This document shows positions 20,310 through 30,746 of a stretch of DNA of 50,087 nt, piece by piece (the first letter of the stretch is position 1; each line of letters starts with the position of its first letter). Made by a program: the position numbers and the translations under genes. The stretch covers positions 1-50,087 of the forward strand of contig CAJFPG010000062.1 of NCBI GenBank assembly GCA_904398665.1. The letters run 5' to 3'. The notes under the pieces are model-generated. The model made no database searches. It was not told where the DNA came from and worked only from the letters and a program-made list of their open reading frames with translations. This DNA comes from Candidatus Geddesella stercoravicola (lineage in GTDB: Bacteria; Bacillota; Clostridia; Oscillospirales; UBA644).

Positions 20310-21868
20310 TATTCGTCATCTCCGATAAATTCTTTTATGTCAATTTCCTCGGCGTCGCTCCAAAATCGTTCGAGGTTATAAAATTCTCTCGCCTGTTTGC
20401 TGTAAATATGGATTATGATGTCTCCGAAGTCGAGAAGCAGCCAGCTTCCCGAATCCTTGCCCTCTCGGTGAAGAAGTTTTTCCCCGTTCTGTTCGAGCAT
20501 ATATTCGCATTCGTCCGCGAGAGAGCGCATATGGGTGTTGCTGGTTCCGCTGCATATCACGAAATAATCAGCCAGAACCGTTACGTCGCGTACTTTTAGA
20601 ACTTTGATATCTACCGCTTTTTTTGAGGAAAGAGCGGTCACCGCTACTTTTACTTTATTGGGTTTTTCGGCGTTCATTATTTGTTTCTGTCCTTTCTTTT
20701 CGGAGTATTTCCGATAAAACTTCTCCGCTTGAATGGAGAGGAAGTAAACCGGATTGTTGTTTTTTCGCAGCTCTTCTATATTCCATTTGAGCCCGAGAGC
20801 GACAGTTCTGTCGATATCCTCTCTTGCTGTTTTTCTGTAAAAATCAATGTCGGGATAGCTTCTTGTCGGCTCGGTGAAATCCGAGACATAAAGAAGTTTT
20901 TCGAGCAGAGTCATATTCGGTTTCGCCGTCGTGTGATATTTTATGGCCGACAATATTTCCGGATCTTTTATCCCCGCCTCTTTTTCCGCGAAACGGCTTC
21001 CGGTAAGCGCGTGGTAAAGACGCGGAATTTTAAGAAAATCGTCGTCGGCTTCAAGGTTGTTTTCCTTTATATAATTTAAGTGCCATTCCGGGGGGAAATC
21101 CTTTGTCGAGTCATGGAGCAGCGCCGCTACTTCCGCCTTTCTCAAATCACAGCCGTAGATTTTCGCCAGACACCGAATTTCGTCTCGCACTCCCAAAGAA
21201 TGTCTGAGGCGGAAAGGGGAGAGGCGTGGCGTTATTATATTCAATATCGTCTCGTCTGACGGCAAAACGTAAAGATGCTTGTCTTTTATGTATTGTTCCG
21301 CTTTTTTGTCTATATAATCGGAGACGCTTTCCCCTTGTCTTATTTTTTCGCGGATCGTCGTGGAACTTACCGCGACAGGTTTTTCTTTACCTATCAGACA
21401 TTTCGCCCCGTATTTTTCTTCAAGGAATTTTTTTTGCCGTTCTATCGTTTCAAGATCTCCTTTTTCCTCTTTTCTCGGAAACGCGACTATCGTGGCCTCC
21501 GATATTATTCTTTCGGGGAACCGCCATTCATGTAACGTCAAAAACATATCGGTCCCGACATATAAAAAAAGTTTATCGTCGGGATATTCTTTTCTGAAAT
21601 GTTCGAGCGTCAGATAAGTATAACTTTTTCCTCCGTTTTTTATCTCCCAGTCGCAGATTTCGGCTTGTTTGACGTCGGATATCGAGAGTCTCGTTATTCG
21701 GAGTCTGTCATCGTCCGATATATCTTTCTTTATTTCCTTATGAGGCGGTATGGCTGTCGGAATCACAAAAACTCTGTCAAGATCAAACTCTTTGATAAAC
21801 GCGTTCAGCGCTTTTTTATGCCCGTTGTGAAAAGGGTTGAAAGTTCCCCCGAAGATTCCCGTTCTCAT
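20309..21868 (-). CDS. nadD: Single ORF fusing NadD (nicotinate-nucleotide adenylyltransferase), a YqeK-type HD hydrolase and RsfS (ribosomal silencing factor)
   Basis: aa 1-~200 carry [14 protein letters not shown] and SSTTIR. aa ~200-395 carry [23 protein letters not shown] and [10 protein letters not shown]. aa ~400-519 carry [33 protein letters not shown] and YNLERFW. There is no in-frame stop between the modules. Confidence 0.88.
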   Translation of the reverse strand: MRTGIFGGTFNPFHNGHKKALNAFIKEFDLDRVFVIPTAIPPHKEIKKDISDDDRLRITRLSISDVKQAEICDWEIKNGGKSYTYLTLEHFRKEYPDDKLFLYVGTDMFLTLHEWRFPERIISEATIVAFPRKEEKGDLETIERQKKFLEEKYGAKCLIGKEKPVAVSSTTIREKIRQGESVSDYIDKKAEQYIKDKHLYVLPSDETILNIITPRLSPFRLRHSLGVRDEIRCLAKIYGCDLRKAEVAALLHDSTKDFPPEWHLNYIKENNLEADDDFLKIPRLYHALTGSRFAEKEAGIKDPEILSAIKYHTTAKPNMTLLEKLLYVSDFTEPTRSYPDIDFYRKTAREDIDRTVALGLKWNIEELRKNNNPVYFLSIQAEKFYRKYSEKKGQKQIMNAEKPNKVKVAVTALSSKKAVDIKVLKVRDVTVLADYFVICSGTSNTHMRSLADECEYMLEQNGEKLLHREGKDSGSWLLLDFGDIIIHIYSKQAREFYNLERFWSDAEEIDIKEFIGDDE

Positions 21869-22164
21869 GGCTTGTTTTTCAGCGATATACGCGGATTTTT
21901 CTCGCTTCTTCTGTAAAGGATAAATTTCCCTCCGATTACCTGAACTATATCCGCGCCGCAGATCTCGGATAGTTTTTGCGCCGCTTCTCTCGGAGAAATC
22001 GGAGAGGTTTCAAGACACTGAGTTTTCACGATTTCTCTCGCCTCCAAAAGATCGTCAAGTTGCTTTACGGTCTGCTTTGATATCCCGGTTTTCCCGATTT
22101 GCAAAGTTACTTCGCTGCCGTTCGCCAATCCTCGTAAATATGCTCTTTGTTTAGTCGTTATCAA
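21865..22164 (-). CDS. yhbY: YhbY/CRM-domain RNA-binding protein
   Basis: 99 aa with KQRAYLRGLA...LQIGKTGI...REIVK. It sits at the conserved position upstream of nadD. Confidence 0.8.
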   Translation of the reverse strand: MITTKQRAYLRGLANGSEVTLQIGKTGISKQTVKQLDDLLEAREIVKTQCLETSPISPREAAQKLSEICGADIVQVIGGKFILYRRSEKNPRISLKNKP

Positions 22165-22747
22165 TATTTTTCAACCTTTCCTCAAATAGCGCGAGAGCTT
22201 TTGCTCTGTGGCTGATCTTGTTTTTTTCTTCCGCCGTCATTTCCGCGAAAGTTTTACCTGTTTCGGGAACGTAAAAAAGAGGGTCATATCCGAACCCGTT
22301 TTTTCCTCTCGGCGTTTCAAGTATTTCTCCGTAGCATTCCCCTACCGCGACGATTTTTCTTCCGTCCGGGAACAGCATTGTCACCGCGGAGACGAATTTC
22401 GCGCGGCGGTCTCTGACACCTTCGAGTTTCTTTAAAAGTTTCTCGTTATTTTTTTCGGTCGTCGCGTTTTCTCCGGAGTATCTCGCGGAATAGACTCCCG
22501 GCTCGCCGTTCAAAGCGTAAACGTAAAGACCGCTGTCGTCGGCAATGGTCGGAAGCCCTGATTTTTCAAGGGCGAATTTTGCCTTGATCTCCGAATTTTC
22601 CTCAAATGTTTTTCCCGTCTCCTCAGGGTCGGAAAATATCTTTTCGTCTTTGAGGGAAACGGGTTCGAAATTATCGGAAAGAATAGCTTTCATCTCTTTT
22701 ATTTTATCCGGATTGTTGGAAGCTATAAGAATCTTCGCGGTTCCCAT
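22151..22747 (-). CDS. rdgB: Non-canonical purine NTP pyrophosphatase (RdgB/HAM1 family)
   Basis: ILIASNNPDKIKE, SGLYVYALNGEPGVYSARY and GFGYDPLF motifs, 198 aa. Confidence 0.9.
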   Translation of the reverse strand: MGTAKILIASNNPDKIKEMKAILSDNFEPVSLKDEKIFSDPEETGKTFEENSEIKAKFALEKSGLPTIADDSGLYVYALNGEPGVYSARYSGENATTEKNNEKLLKKLEGVRDRRAKFVSAVTMLFPDGRKIVAVGECYGEILETPRGKNGFGYDPLFYVPETGKTFAEMTAEEKNKISHRAKALALFEERLKNIDND

Positions 22748-23133
22748 TTTTTCTCTCCTTCGTCTCTGTGTTTTCAGTTTTTTATTTATTCCCCGCCGTT
22801 CGTTATTTACTACATTGCGATTACATAGTTACCTCCGCGATGATTTCTAAAATGTTTTTTTTCCCGAAATCGCCGCGATTGAGAAGGCGGACAGCTCCGC
22901 CTTGACCGAAATTATTTCCGAAAGAAACTTTAAATATTTCTATATTATATTGTTCATATCGATTATTAGAAATATTTTTATAGTATCTCGTATTATTATT
23001 TTTACTTGTGTCAAAGCAATGTTTTTAGTAATAATTATTTTTTACGATTTTTTATGATTTTTCATTATTTTTTATTTTTTTTGCTTTTTGCTTTTTCTTC
23101 TTTTTGCCCCTTATTTTCAAAGCGATTTCGGTT

Positions 23134-24045
23134 TTATTCCTCGTCCAGAAGAGCTTTCGCGAAGCTCTCGGCGTCAAACGGCTGTAAGTCGTCAGCTTGT
23201 TCTCCGACTCCTATAAGTTTTACCGGTATTCCCGTTTCGTCTTTTACGGAGATTGTGACGCCTCCTTTGGCTGTTCCGTCGAGCTTTGTCAGCGCCACTC
23301 CCGTTATCCCTACCGTTTCTTTAAAATCTTTTGCCTGCGATATCGCGTTTTGTCCCGTCGTCGCGTCGAGAACGAGAAGAATTTCTTTATCCGCTTCGGG
23401 GAGTTCCCTTTCTATTACTCTCGATATTTTAGTCAGTTCTTCCATGAGATTCTTTTTATTGTGGAGTCTTCCGGCGGTGTCGCAGATTATTACGTCTTTT
23501 CCACGGGCTTTTCCCGCCTTTATCGCGTCGAACACAACCGCGGCCGGATCGGAGCCGTCCTGATGACGAACTATATCCACGCCGCTTCTTTCGGCCCAAA
23601 CGGATATTTGCTCAATCGCCGCCGCCCTGAAAGTGTCGGCAGCGGCAATCAAGACGCTTTTGCCTTGATTTGTAAGCATATTTGAAAGTTTTCCGATAGT
23701 TGTGGTTTTCCCGACTCCGTTCACTCCCACCACAAGAATGATCGACGGTTTTGTGGCGATTTTGAGCTCGTTATCGCCCGACATTTTCGAGACGATTATT
23801 TCATGAAGCGCGGTTTTCAGTTCCTCTCCGCTTTTCAGCTTGTCTTTTTTTGAAAGGGAGCGAAGATTTGAAATGATGCTTTCCGCGGTAGAAAAAGAGA
23901 CATCCGCCGTTATAAGAAGCTCTTCGAGTTCTTCGAGCGTTTCCTCGTCCGCTTTTCTGAAATTGGCGAAAATGTCGTTCATTCCGCCGGAAAACGAGTC
24001 TTTTGTTTTTTTAAGCCCCTGTTTTATTTTTTCAAAAAATCCCAT
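23134..24045 (-). CDS. ftsY: Signal recognition particle receptor FtsY
   Basis: NG domain with GVNGVGKTTTIGK, DTAGR and TKLDGTAKGG, 303 aa. It lies downstream of smc, as in Bacillus. Confidence 0.95.
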   Translation of the reverse strand: MGFFEKIKQGLKKTKDSFSGGMNDIFANFRKADEETLEELEELLITADVSFSTAESIISNLRSLSKKDKLKSGEELKTALHEIIVSKMSGDNELKIATKPSIILVVGVNGVGKTTTIGKLSNMLTNQGKSVLIAAADTFRAAAIEQISVWAERSGVDIVRHQDGSDPAAVVFDAIKAGKARGKDVIICDTAGRLHNKKNLMEELTKISRVIERELPEADKEILLVLDATTGQNAISQAKDFKETVGITGVALTKLDGTAKGGVTISVKDETGIPVKLIGVGEQADDLQPFDAESFAKALLDEE

Positions 24046-24441
24046 AATTTTCCTTTCGGATTCTATCTAAAGATTTTGACCTGCGTTTAGTTGTTGTCTT
24101 TATCGCGTAGGTAGCGATAATTATTTATGATATAATCGCCAATATGTTTATTTACGATTATATTATCTATATATTATCTTAAAATTTTAATAATTAATTA
24201 TCCTAATAATTTAGATTTAAAATTTAATTATTCTAAATAATTTAGATAATGTAACTTAGTTATTTTAGATTATTTCAACGAAATTTGACGTTCTTCGGCT
24301 AAAAGACCCCTTTTATTTCGATAGAATTAAAAGTCGTTTTTTAGTCTTCTTTTTTCTCTTTATCTATACTCTATCTATACCTTTTTATGTCTAAAATTGG
24401 TTTAACACGTCGTTTTTTTTGTAATCGTTATGCCGTTATCT

Positions 24442-27400
24442 TTATGCGTCATTTTCGATTTCGTCCACGTTTATCGTCAATATTCTCGAAACGCCTTTTT
24501 CTCTCATCGTGACTCCGTAAAGCCTGTCTGCTATTTCCATGGTTCCGCGTCTGTGTGTTATAGCTATAAGCTGAGTGTTCCCCGCGAGTCTTGTAAGATA
24601 TTCCGCGAAACGAGAAACGTTTACGTCGTCGAGAGCGGCTTCTATCTCGTCGAGAAGGCAGAACGGAGCGGGATGAATTTTCAAAATCGCGAAATACAAA
24701 GCTATTGAGGTCAACGCTTGTTCTCCTCCCGAGAGAGAAGACATATTGTTTATAACTTTTCCGGGGGGCGCGGCGTAAATATCTATTCCCGCTTCGAGAG
24801 GGTTTTCGCTGTCTACAAGGGTCAGTTTCGCTTCTCCTCCGTCAAATAGCTCTCTAAAGGCTTTTTCGAACTCCGAGTTTATTATTTTAAATTGTGTTTC
24901 GAACAGCTTTTCCATATCGCGGGTTAACCCGTCTATTATTTTGATAAGTTTTTCTTTGGCGTCGTTAAGATCCTCCACCTGCGAGGTCATAGCCTCGAAT
25001 CTTTCTTTTACATCGGCGTATTCTTCGATAGCCTCGACGTTGACTGATCCGAGAAGCCTTATTTTATTTTTAAGAGAGGAAACTTCTTCCTCCGCCTCCC
25101 GCGGGTTATCGGGAGCTTTATAGTTTTCCCTCGCTTCTGTCGGGGTGATCTCGTATTCGTCCCAGAGATGATTTTGCATCGTAGAAAGTTTTTCGGTGAC
25201 CGAACTCTTTTCCGCCTCTGTTTTTTCTATTTCTCTGATTAGTTTTTCTTTGACGGAATAAGTTTCTTTCTCTTCCTCTCTCAGAGAGGATATTCTTTTT
25301 TCCTTTTCGGTACGTTCCTCGATTTTCTTTTTGGTCTCGGTTTCTGTTTCTTCAAGAGAATTTCGGAGTTCCGATATCTCTTTTTCGATTTCGTCTATTT
25401 TTTTTCTGAAACTCTCTATTTTCGCTTCTTCCTCAGATAACTCCGTTTCAAATGATTTTTTCTTCTCTTCGCCCGAGATTTTTTCTCCGGACGCGCGGTC
25501 TATCTCGGAACGGATAGATTCGGCTTCGTTTTTCGCGTTGACTATTTCTATATTTTTCTTATTGAGTCTTTCTCTGACGGTTTCCTGCTTGCTTTTCAGC
25601 GTCTCGTTCTCTTTTTCCGCGAGAGTTATATCCGTTCGTATCCGTGAGAGTTTTTCTTCGAATTCTTTACTTTCGGCGGATATTTTCTCGCTTTTTTCTC
25701 TCTGTTCAAAGATCCTTTTACGAGCCGCTTTTTCTTCTTCTTCAAGCGCTGATATCTGAGATCTTATATCCGAACTGAAATCCTCGGCGTGAGATATCTC
25801 CATTTCCGCCTGCAATTTTTCTTTTTCCGTGAGAGATATTTCTTCTTTTATTCCTTCGACCATAAGAAGCGCTCTGTTGAGTTCTTCTTTGAGCGTTTCC
25901 GATTCTTTTTCTTTTTGAGAATGATTTTCTTCAAGTTTTTTTATCGTTTTCCCGAGTTCTTCTATTTCATTTTGGCGAGAGAGTATCCCGATATTTTTCC
26001 CGACAGATCCTCCGGTAAGAGATCCTCCGGCGTTGACCACCTGTCCGTCGGAAGTGACCGTTTTATAGGAAAATCCATTGAGTTTCGCCGTTTTCGCGGC
26101 GTTGTCGAGATTGTTGACGACAAGCGTTCTTCCGAGCAGATTGTCGATGATATTTCTATATTTATCGTCACAGGAAACGAGTTCTGACGCAATTCCCTCG
26201 AACCCGTCAGCGGTTTTCAGGACTTTTTTGTCTATCAACCTTCCTTTTATCGTATCTACGGGGAGAAAAGTGGCTCGTCCCGCTTTGTTATTTTTCAAAT
26301 GAAAAATAGCGTTTTTAGCGCTGTTTTGGTCTTCTGTCACAATATTTTGGATCGCCGCCCCGAGAGCTGTCTCGATCGCGACGGAATGTTCCTTCTCGAC
26401 TTTAATAAGAGAGGCGATTGTTCCGCATATTCCTTTAAGAATTCCTCTTTTTCCGTCCGCGAGAACTCTTTGAACGCTCCCGGAAAATCCCTCGTTGTTT
26501 TTTTCCAGATCTTCCAGAAGTTTCAGTCTGTGTTTTTTATTGTTCAAATCCATTTCCGCGGAACGGATCTCTTCCGCGAGGCGCGAAGATTTTTCCCTTT
26601 GTGTTCCGAGTTTTATCTCATATCCGGCGAGCTTGTTTTTGCAGGAGTTTTCCTTCTCTGTTATCTCGTCCAATTTTTCTTTTTTATCTTTGAGAGTCTT
26701 TTCCCATTCCGCGAGAGTTTTTGCCAAGGCGGCCTTTTCGAGCTCTATCGCTCCGCTTCGTTCGCTGTCGGAAAAAATAAGAGCCGAAAACTCGGCGGCT
26801 TCCGCTTTTTTTCCTGAGAGCTTGCCGTCGTATTCCGAAATCGCGTTGCGGAGCGAGACAATCTTTTCAAGAGAAACTTTTTCTTCGTCGGAAAGCTGTC
26901 TTTCTCCCTCGGCGATTTTCAGGTATTCCTCTTCGAGCTTTTTGATGTTTTCGAGTTTTTCTTCAAGCTTTTTTGTCTCGGTTTCTATTCTGTTTTTTAT
27001 TTCGTCTTCTCTATGAGAATATTCTTCCGTCAGCGCTTTGATTCGCGCCAGGTTTTGCTCCGTGTGAGAAATATCGTTTTTCAAAACGAGAATTTTTCCG
27101 TTTTTTTCTTGAATCAATTTCTCTTTTTCTGTTCCGGAACGGCGAAAGTTTTCTATCTCCGCCGTTAATTTTCTTATTTCTTCTTCTAATTTCTCCGTCT
27201 CTTGTTCTGCACAAGACAATGCCTCTTCCGCTTTTTTTAAGTCGGAAGAGAAAGTGTTCAGAACTTTTTCGGCGTTTGAGAGAATCTTCTCTGAATTGTC
27301 CGCTGTCGATATCCAAAGTCCTATGTCGAGCAATTTTTTTCTTTCGTATAAGTCAAGATATTTTCTTGCTTTTGCCGATTGTTTTTCAAGAATAGAGAGT

Positions 27401-28002
27401 CTTTCGGAAAGTTCCGAAATTATATCTGAGAGTCTTACTATGTTATCTTTAGTTTGAGAAAGTTTTCTCTCGCTCTCTTCTTTTTTGTATTTAAAACGGG
27501 CTATTCCCGCGGCTTCCTCGAATATTGTTCTTCTTTCCGAACTTTTTGCCGTTATTATCTGGGTTACCGCCCCCTGAGATATTATGGAGTATCCGTCTTT
27601 TCCGAGTCCGGTATCTCTGAGAAGATCTTGTATGTCTTTGAGTCTTACTTGATTTGAGTTTATGTAATACTCGCTTTCTCCCGAGCGATAATATCTTCTC
27701 GATATACTGACTTCCACAAAATCGATAGGGAGATCGCCGTCGGTGTTGTCGAAATTAAGGGATACCTGAGCAAATCCGACCGGTTTTCTTGTTTTTGTTC
27801 CGGAAAAAATGACGTCTTCCATTTTCACGCCTCTCAGACTTTTGGAAGAGGTTTCTCCCATAGCCCAGCGGATAGCGTCGGATATGTTGCTTTTTCCGGA
27901 GCCGTTCGGCCCGACGATAGCGGTTATCCCGCCGCTGAAATTTATCACGGTTTTGTCCGGAAATGATTTAAATCCCTGCAATTCGAGACTTTTAAGCTGC
28001 AC
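24442..28002 (-). CDS. smc: Chromosome partition protein Smc
   Basis: N-terminus LKSLELQGFKSF with GPNGSGKSN. Long coiled coils and a hinge. C-terminus LSGGEQ and FCLLDEIEAALD. Start preferred at GTG 28002 (GGAGAGGGGG upstream). The track ORF extends to 28059. Confidence 0.95.
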   Translation of the reverse strand: MQLKSLELQGFKSFPDKTVINFSGGITAIVGPNGSGKSNISDAIRWAMGETSSKSLRGVKMEDVIFSGTKTRKPVGFAQVSLNFDNTDGDLPIDFVEVSISRRYYRSGESEYYINSNQVRLKDIQDLLRDTGLGKDGYSIISQGAVTQIITAKSSERRTIFEEAAGIARFKYKKEESERKLSQTKDNIVRLSDIISELSERLSILEKQSAKARKYLDLYERKKLLDIGLWISTADNSEKILSNAEKVLNTFSSDLKKAEEALSCAEQETEKLEEEIRKLTAEIENFRRSGTEKEKLIQEKNGKILVLKNDISHTEQNLARIKALTEEYSHREDEIKNRIETETKKLEEKLENIKKLEEEYLKIAEGERQLSDEEKVSLEKIVSLRNAISEYDGKLSGKKAEAAEFSALIFSDSERSGAIELEKAALAKTLAEWEKTLKDKKEKLDEITEKENSCKNKLAGYEIKLGTQREKSSRLAEEIRSAEMDLNNKKHRLKLLEDLEKNNEGFSGSVQRVLADGKRGILKGICGTIASLIKVEKEHSVAIETALGAAIQNIVTEDQNSAKNAIFHLKNNKAGRATFLPVDTIKGRLIDKKVLKTADGFEGIASELVSCDDKYRNIIDNLLGRTLVVNNLDNAAKTAKLNGFSYKTVTSDGQVVNAGGSLTGGSVGKNIGILSRQNEIEELGKTIKKLEENHSQKEKESETLKEELNRALLMVEGIKEEISLTEKEKLQAEMEISHAEDFSSDIRSQISALEEEEKAARKRIFEQREKSEKISAESKEFEEKLSRIRTDITLAEKENETLKSKQETVRERLNKKNIEIVNAKNEAESIRSEIDRASGEKISGEEKKKSFETELSEEEAKIESFRKKIDEIEKEISELRNSLEETETETKKKIEERTEKEKRISSLREEEKETYSVKEKLIREIEKTEAEKSSVTEKLSTMQNHLWDEYEITPTEARENYKAPDNPREAEEEVSSLKNKIRLLGSVNVEAIEEYADVKERFEAMTSQVEDLNDAKEKLIKIIDGLTRDMEKLFETQFKIINSEFEKAFRELFDGGEAKLTLVDSENPLEAGIDIYAAPPGKVINNMSSLSGGEQALTSIALYFAILKIHPAPFCLLDEIEAALDDVNVSRFAEYLTRLAGNTQLIAITHRRGTMEIADRLYGVTMREKGVSRILTINVDEIENDA

Positions 28003-28986
28003 CGCGAACGCCCCCTCTCCCCAATAATTTTTTAATGGTCTGTCAATAATAGTTGTCAATAAAATTATCCGATTACTTTATGATAACATTTTTTTATCCG
28101 AATTGCAACAGTTTTCCGTTTTTTTTCAAATATTATTTGATTATTATCTTAAATTTTTTTTTATTTTCATAACTTTATTTTTTATTGTTTTTGATAATAA
28201 TTTTTGAGAACATTGTTTTTGTGTCTCTGTTATTAAATTTCTTATAGAGAAAATCCTGTTATAGAACTGTTGCGGATACAAAGTTAGTAGCATTGTTGTA
28301 TGCTTATGTATAATTTATATTTTATCTATTTGATTACGAACAGGTTATTATTATAGTTTAATACTCTCAATTTTTATAGCTCAATGTTTTCAATTTTATA
28401 TATTAATACTTTTAACAATATTATACTTTTGATAATCGAAAAAATTTATTTTATTTTCTGATATTAGTTTATTAGTTTTTTGTATTAATTTCATATTTTA
28501 TATTTTATCATATTCTTATGTTTCGATTTATTTATTTCGATCTATTTTAATTTTGTTTATTTAAATTACTTATTAAAATAAAAAGAAGTTTTTAGGTCAA
28601 ATAAAAAGTTTCAGGTAAAAAGTTTTATGTAAAATCATGAAGACGTTGAAAAAAATTTGCCTTTTTAGGTTTTTACGGAGATTTACAATTTAATAAGTCG
28701 GATTTTTTAGGGGGCGATCGTATAAGAATTGAGTTGTAATTAAAAAAGATTTTTTATAAGTCGGAGAATATCATTTCTCGCGACCAAAATTTGTAATTTG
28801 TTAAAAAAGTTTTTTAAGTAGTGTGATAGTTTAATAAGGTGATAGTTTAAATAAAAAAAGTTTTTTTTGATCTTTTATCGAGTATCGAGTCCTTCGTAAG
28901 CTTAATTTTTTAAGAAAATGAAATGGCGAAAAGCGGCGAAAAAGTTATTTGTAAATAAAAATTCATAAAAATTTTAATATTCACCC

Positions 28987-29015
28987 TTGCAAAAAGAACG
29001 GAATTCTGATATAAT
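28987..29015 (+). promoter_or_regulatory. Promoter of rpmB
   Basis: TTGCAA (28987-28992), 17 nt spacer, TATAAT (29010-29015), ~40 nt upstream of the rpmB start. Confidence 0.6.
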
Positions 29016-29054
29016 GAACTACGTAACAAAAAGAAATCCGGGAGGTGTAAAAAT

Positions 29055-29240
29055 ATGGCTAAATGTGACGTTTGCGGAAAAGGCGTAAACTTCGGAATTA
29101 AGGTTTCCCATTCCCACAGAAGATCAAACAGAGCGTGGAAACCCAACGTCAAGAGAGTTAAAGTCGTCGTCAACGGAACTCCCAAGCATATGTATGTTTG
29201 CACGAAATGTCTGCGCTCGAATAAGGTGCAGAGAGTTTAA
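29055..29240 (+). CDS. rpmB: 50S ribosomal protein L28
   Basis: MAKCDVCGKGVNFGIKVSHSHRRSNRAWKPNVKRVKVVVNG..VCTKCLRS is the canonical L28 sequence pattern. RBS GGGAGGTG. Confidence 0.95.
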   Translation: MAKCDVCGKGVNFGIKVSHSHRRSNRAWKPNVKRVKVVVNGTPKHMYVCTKCLRSNKVQRV

Positions 29241-29267
29241 TCTTTAAATAGAGAACTTTGAAAGATC

Positions 29268-29297
29268 AGGCAATACGTAAAACGTGTTGCCTTTTTT
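29268..29297 (+). terminator. Rho-independent terminator of rpmB
   Basis: AGGCAATACG-TAAAA-CGTGTTGCCT (10-bp stem including one G-U pair), followed by TTTTT. Confidence 0.85.
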
Positions 29298-29949
29298 CCT
29301 TATTTTTTAAGCGTTTTTAACAAGGTTTCGGTACCGGTTTCTTTTTTTGTTTATGATTAATTACGGCTTTTCGACGGGAAAATGCGAAAACAATCGGGAA
29401 AAGACTTGAAAAAAGTTGAGATTTAGTTTATAATAAATAAAAAATGTATATATAAAAATGTTAAAGTTAAAGAAGATAATTTAAATTTGAAGACTTTCTC
29501 TGAGAGAAATTACACTGAGATTAATAATATAAATATTTTTTTCAATGTCTTTTTATAAGTGTTAGACCATATGTTTTTGTTTATTAAAAAAAACGAATAA
29601 AATAAGATTAATAAGATTTAGAGATTAAGCCTAAGCTCTATGAGTCGCAGAGTTCTTACCTGTAAGATTACGGACCAAGAATGTCTATACGTTAGATATG
29701 AATTTTGCCGATTTATGTCTTTACGGTGCTTTAAGTTAAAGAATGAGCTTTAAACTATATATTTTATATTTTAGAATAGATATTATTCTGAATATTGTTT
29801 TTTGTTTAAGACGTTAATATATGAGTAACGTTTATTGGATTTTATATAATTAAATTTGTTTTTTTGTTTTCTATTTGTTTTGTTATTTTATTATCTGTGA
29901 TTTTAAACAGTTTTTTATTCCACGCTGATTTTTTAATTATGAAAATTGC

Positions 29950-30306
29950 TCATATCCTCCCACCCTCTCCTTTATCGAAATTTTTTATCTTATCAACTTC
30001 TTGAATAGCTGGAAAGGCTTTCGTTTGTTTGGTGTTTATGAAATCATCAATGAAAACGACGTTTATGGGAACCGTTTGTTTCTTCGTTCTCTTAGATACA
30101 AGGTTTTTTGTTTGGTTTCCGCGTTTAATTTGATTTTCGCGTTTAACGGATACGACGTATGTAAGCATATAAGACAGACTTCCAACGTTTCGATAATAAT
30201 GGTAACGGTCAAAACATGCGTTTAATTTAAGATAAGATATAAGTATTTCATGAAAAATATCGTTGAAAGAATATTTTAAATCGAAAAAATATTTTAAACG
30301 GAACAT
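29950..30306 (-). CDS. Doubtful hypothetical ORF (118 aa) in the AT-rich spacer
   Basis: It is the only ORF over 100 aa in the 1.5-kb rpmB-rnfC spacer. There is no RBS, the composition is typical of translated AT-rich DNA (K/N/F/Y/I) and no motif was recognised. Confidence 0.2.
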   Translation of the reverse strand: MFRLKYFFDLKYSFNDIFHEILISYLKLNACFDRYHYYRNVGSLSYMLTYVVSVKRENQIKRGNQTKNLVSKRTKKQTVPINVVFIDDFINTKQTKAFPAIQEVDKIKNFDKGEGGRI

Positions 30307-30746
30307 AAAATTATTTTACTTAAATAATATTTGTTTCAGCGTCAATAATGTTTGTATTGACTTTGAATATACGCGAGAGCGTAAGCTATATGCGGGAGCG
30401 TAAGCGTTTCGGAATCGAAATTGAAATTTGGATATTTGAATATTAGAACAAAAAACGGCTATGGATAATGGTCGCGTTGATATCTGAAATTCGGAAAGGC
30501 AGCGTAAGAATTTATAAAATCAGAAAATTTTTACCTGACGAAAGAGAACTTTTACGAAGCGCAAGTACAAGTACAAGTATATGTAAATAAGGTTCTTTTC
30601 ATCTGTGAGGAGCCGGGAGGCGACGTTTTTTCGAAATATAGGCGGAGATATCCTAAAATCTCCCAGCGTTTTTATCGTAAATTATACGAGAGACGAACGG
30701 AGCGAATATCCGACGGGTCTTAATAATATTATTGTGTCGGCGGAGT

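Noticed and set aside
24941-27657. Many 60-170-aa ORFs antisense to smc, and similar sets antisense to atpA, atpD, leuS, thrS, ftsY and nadD
   Set aside because: They lie entirely inside well-supported conserved genes on the opposite strand. Their Ser/Phe/Arg-rich compositions are typical of antisense frames, and none has an RBS.
28060-29054. The ~1-kb AT-rich block between smc and rpmB as a replication origin
   Set aside because: I found no exact DnaA box (TTATCCACA or its complement). The nearest is TTATCCGAT at ~28066. There is no dnaA or dnaN nearby, and equally AT-rich spacers occur throughout the window.
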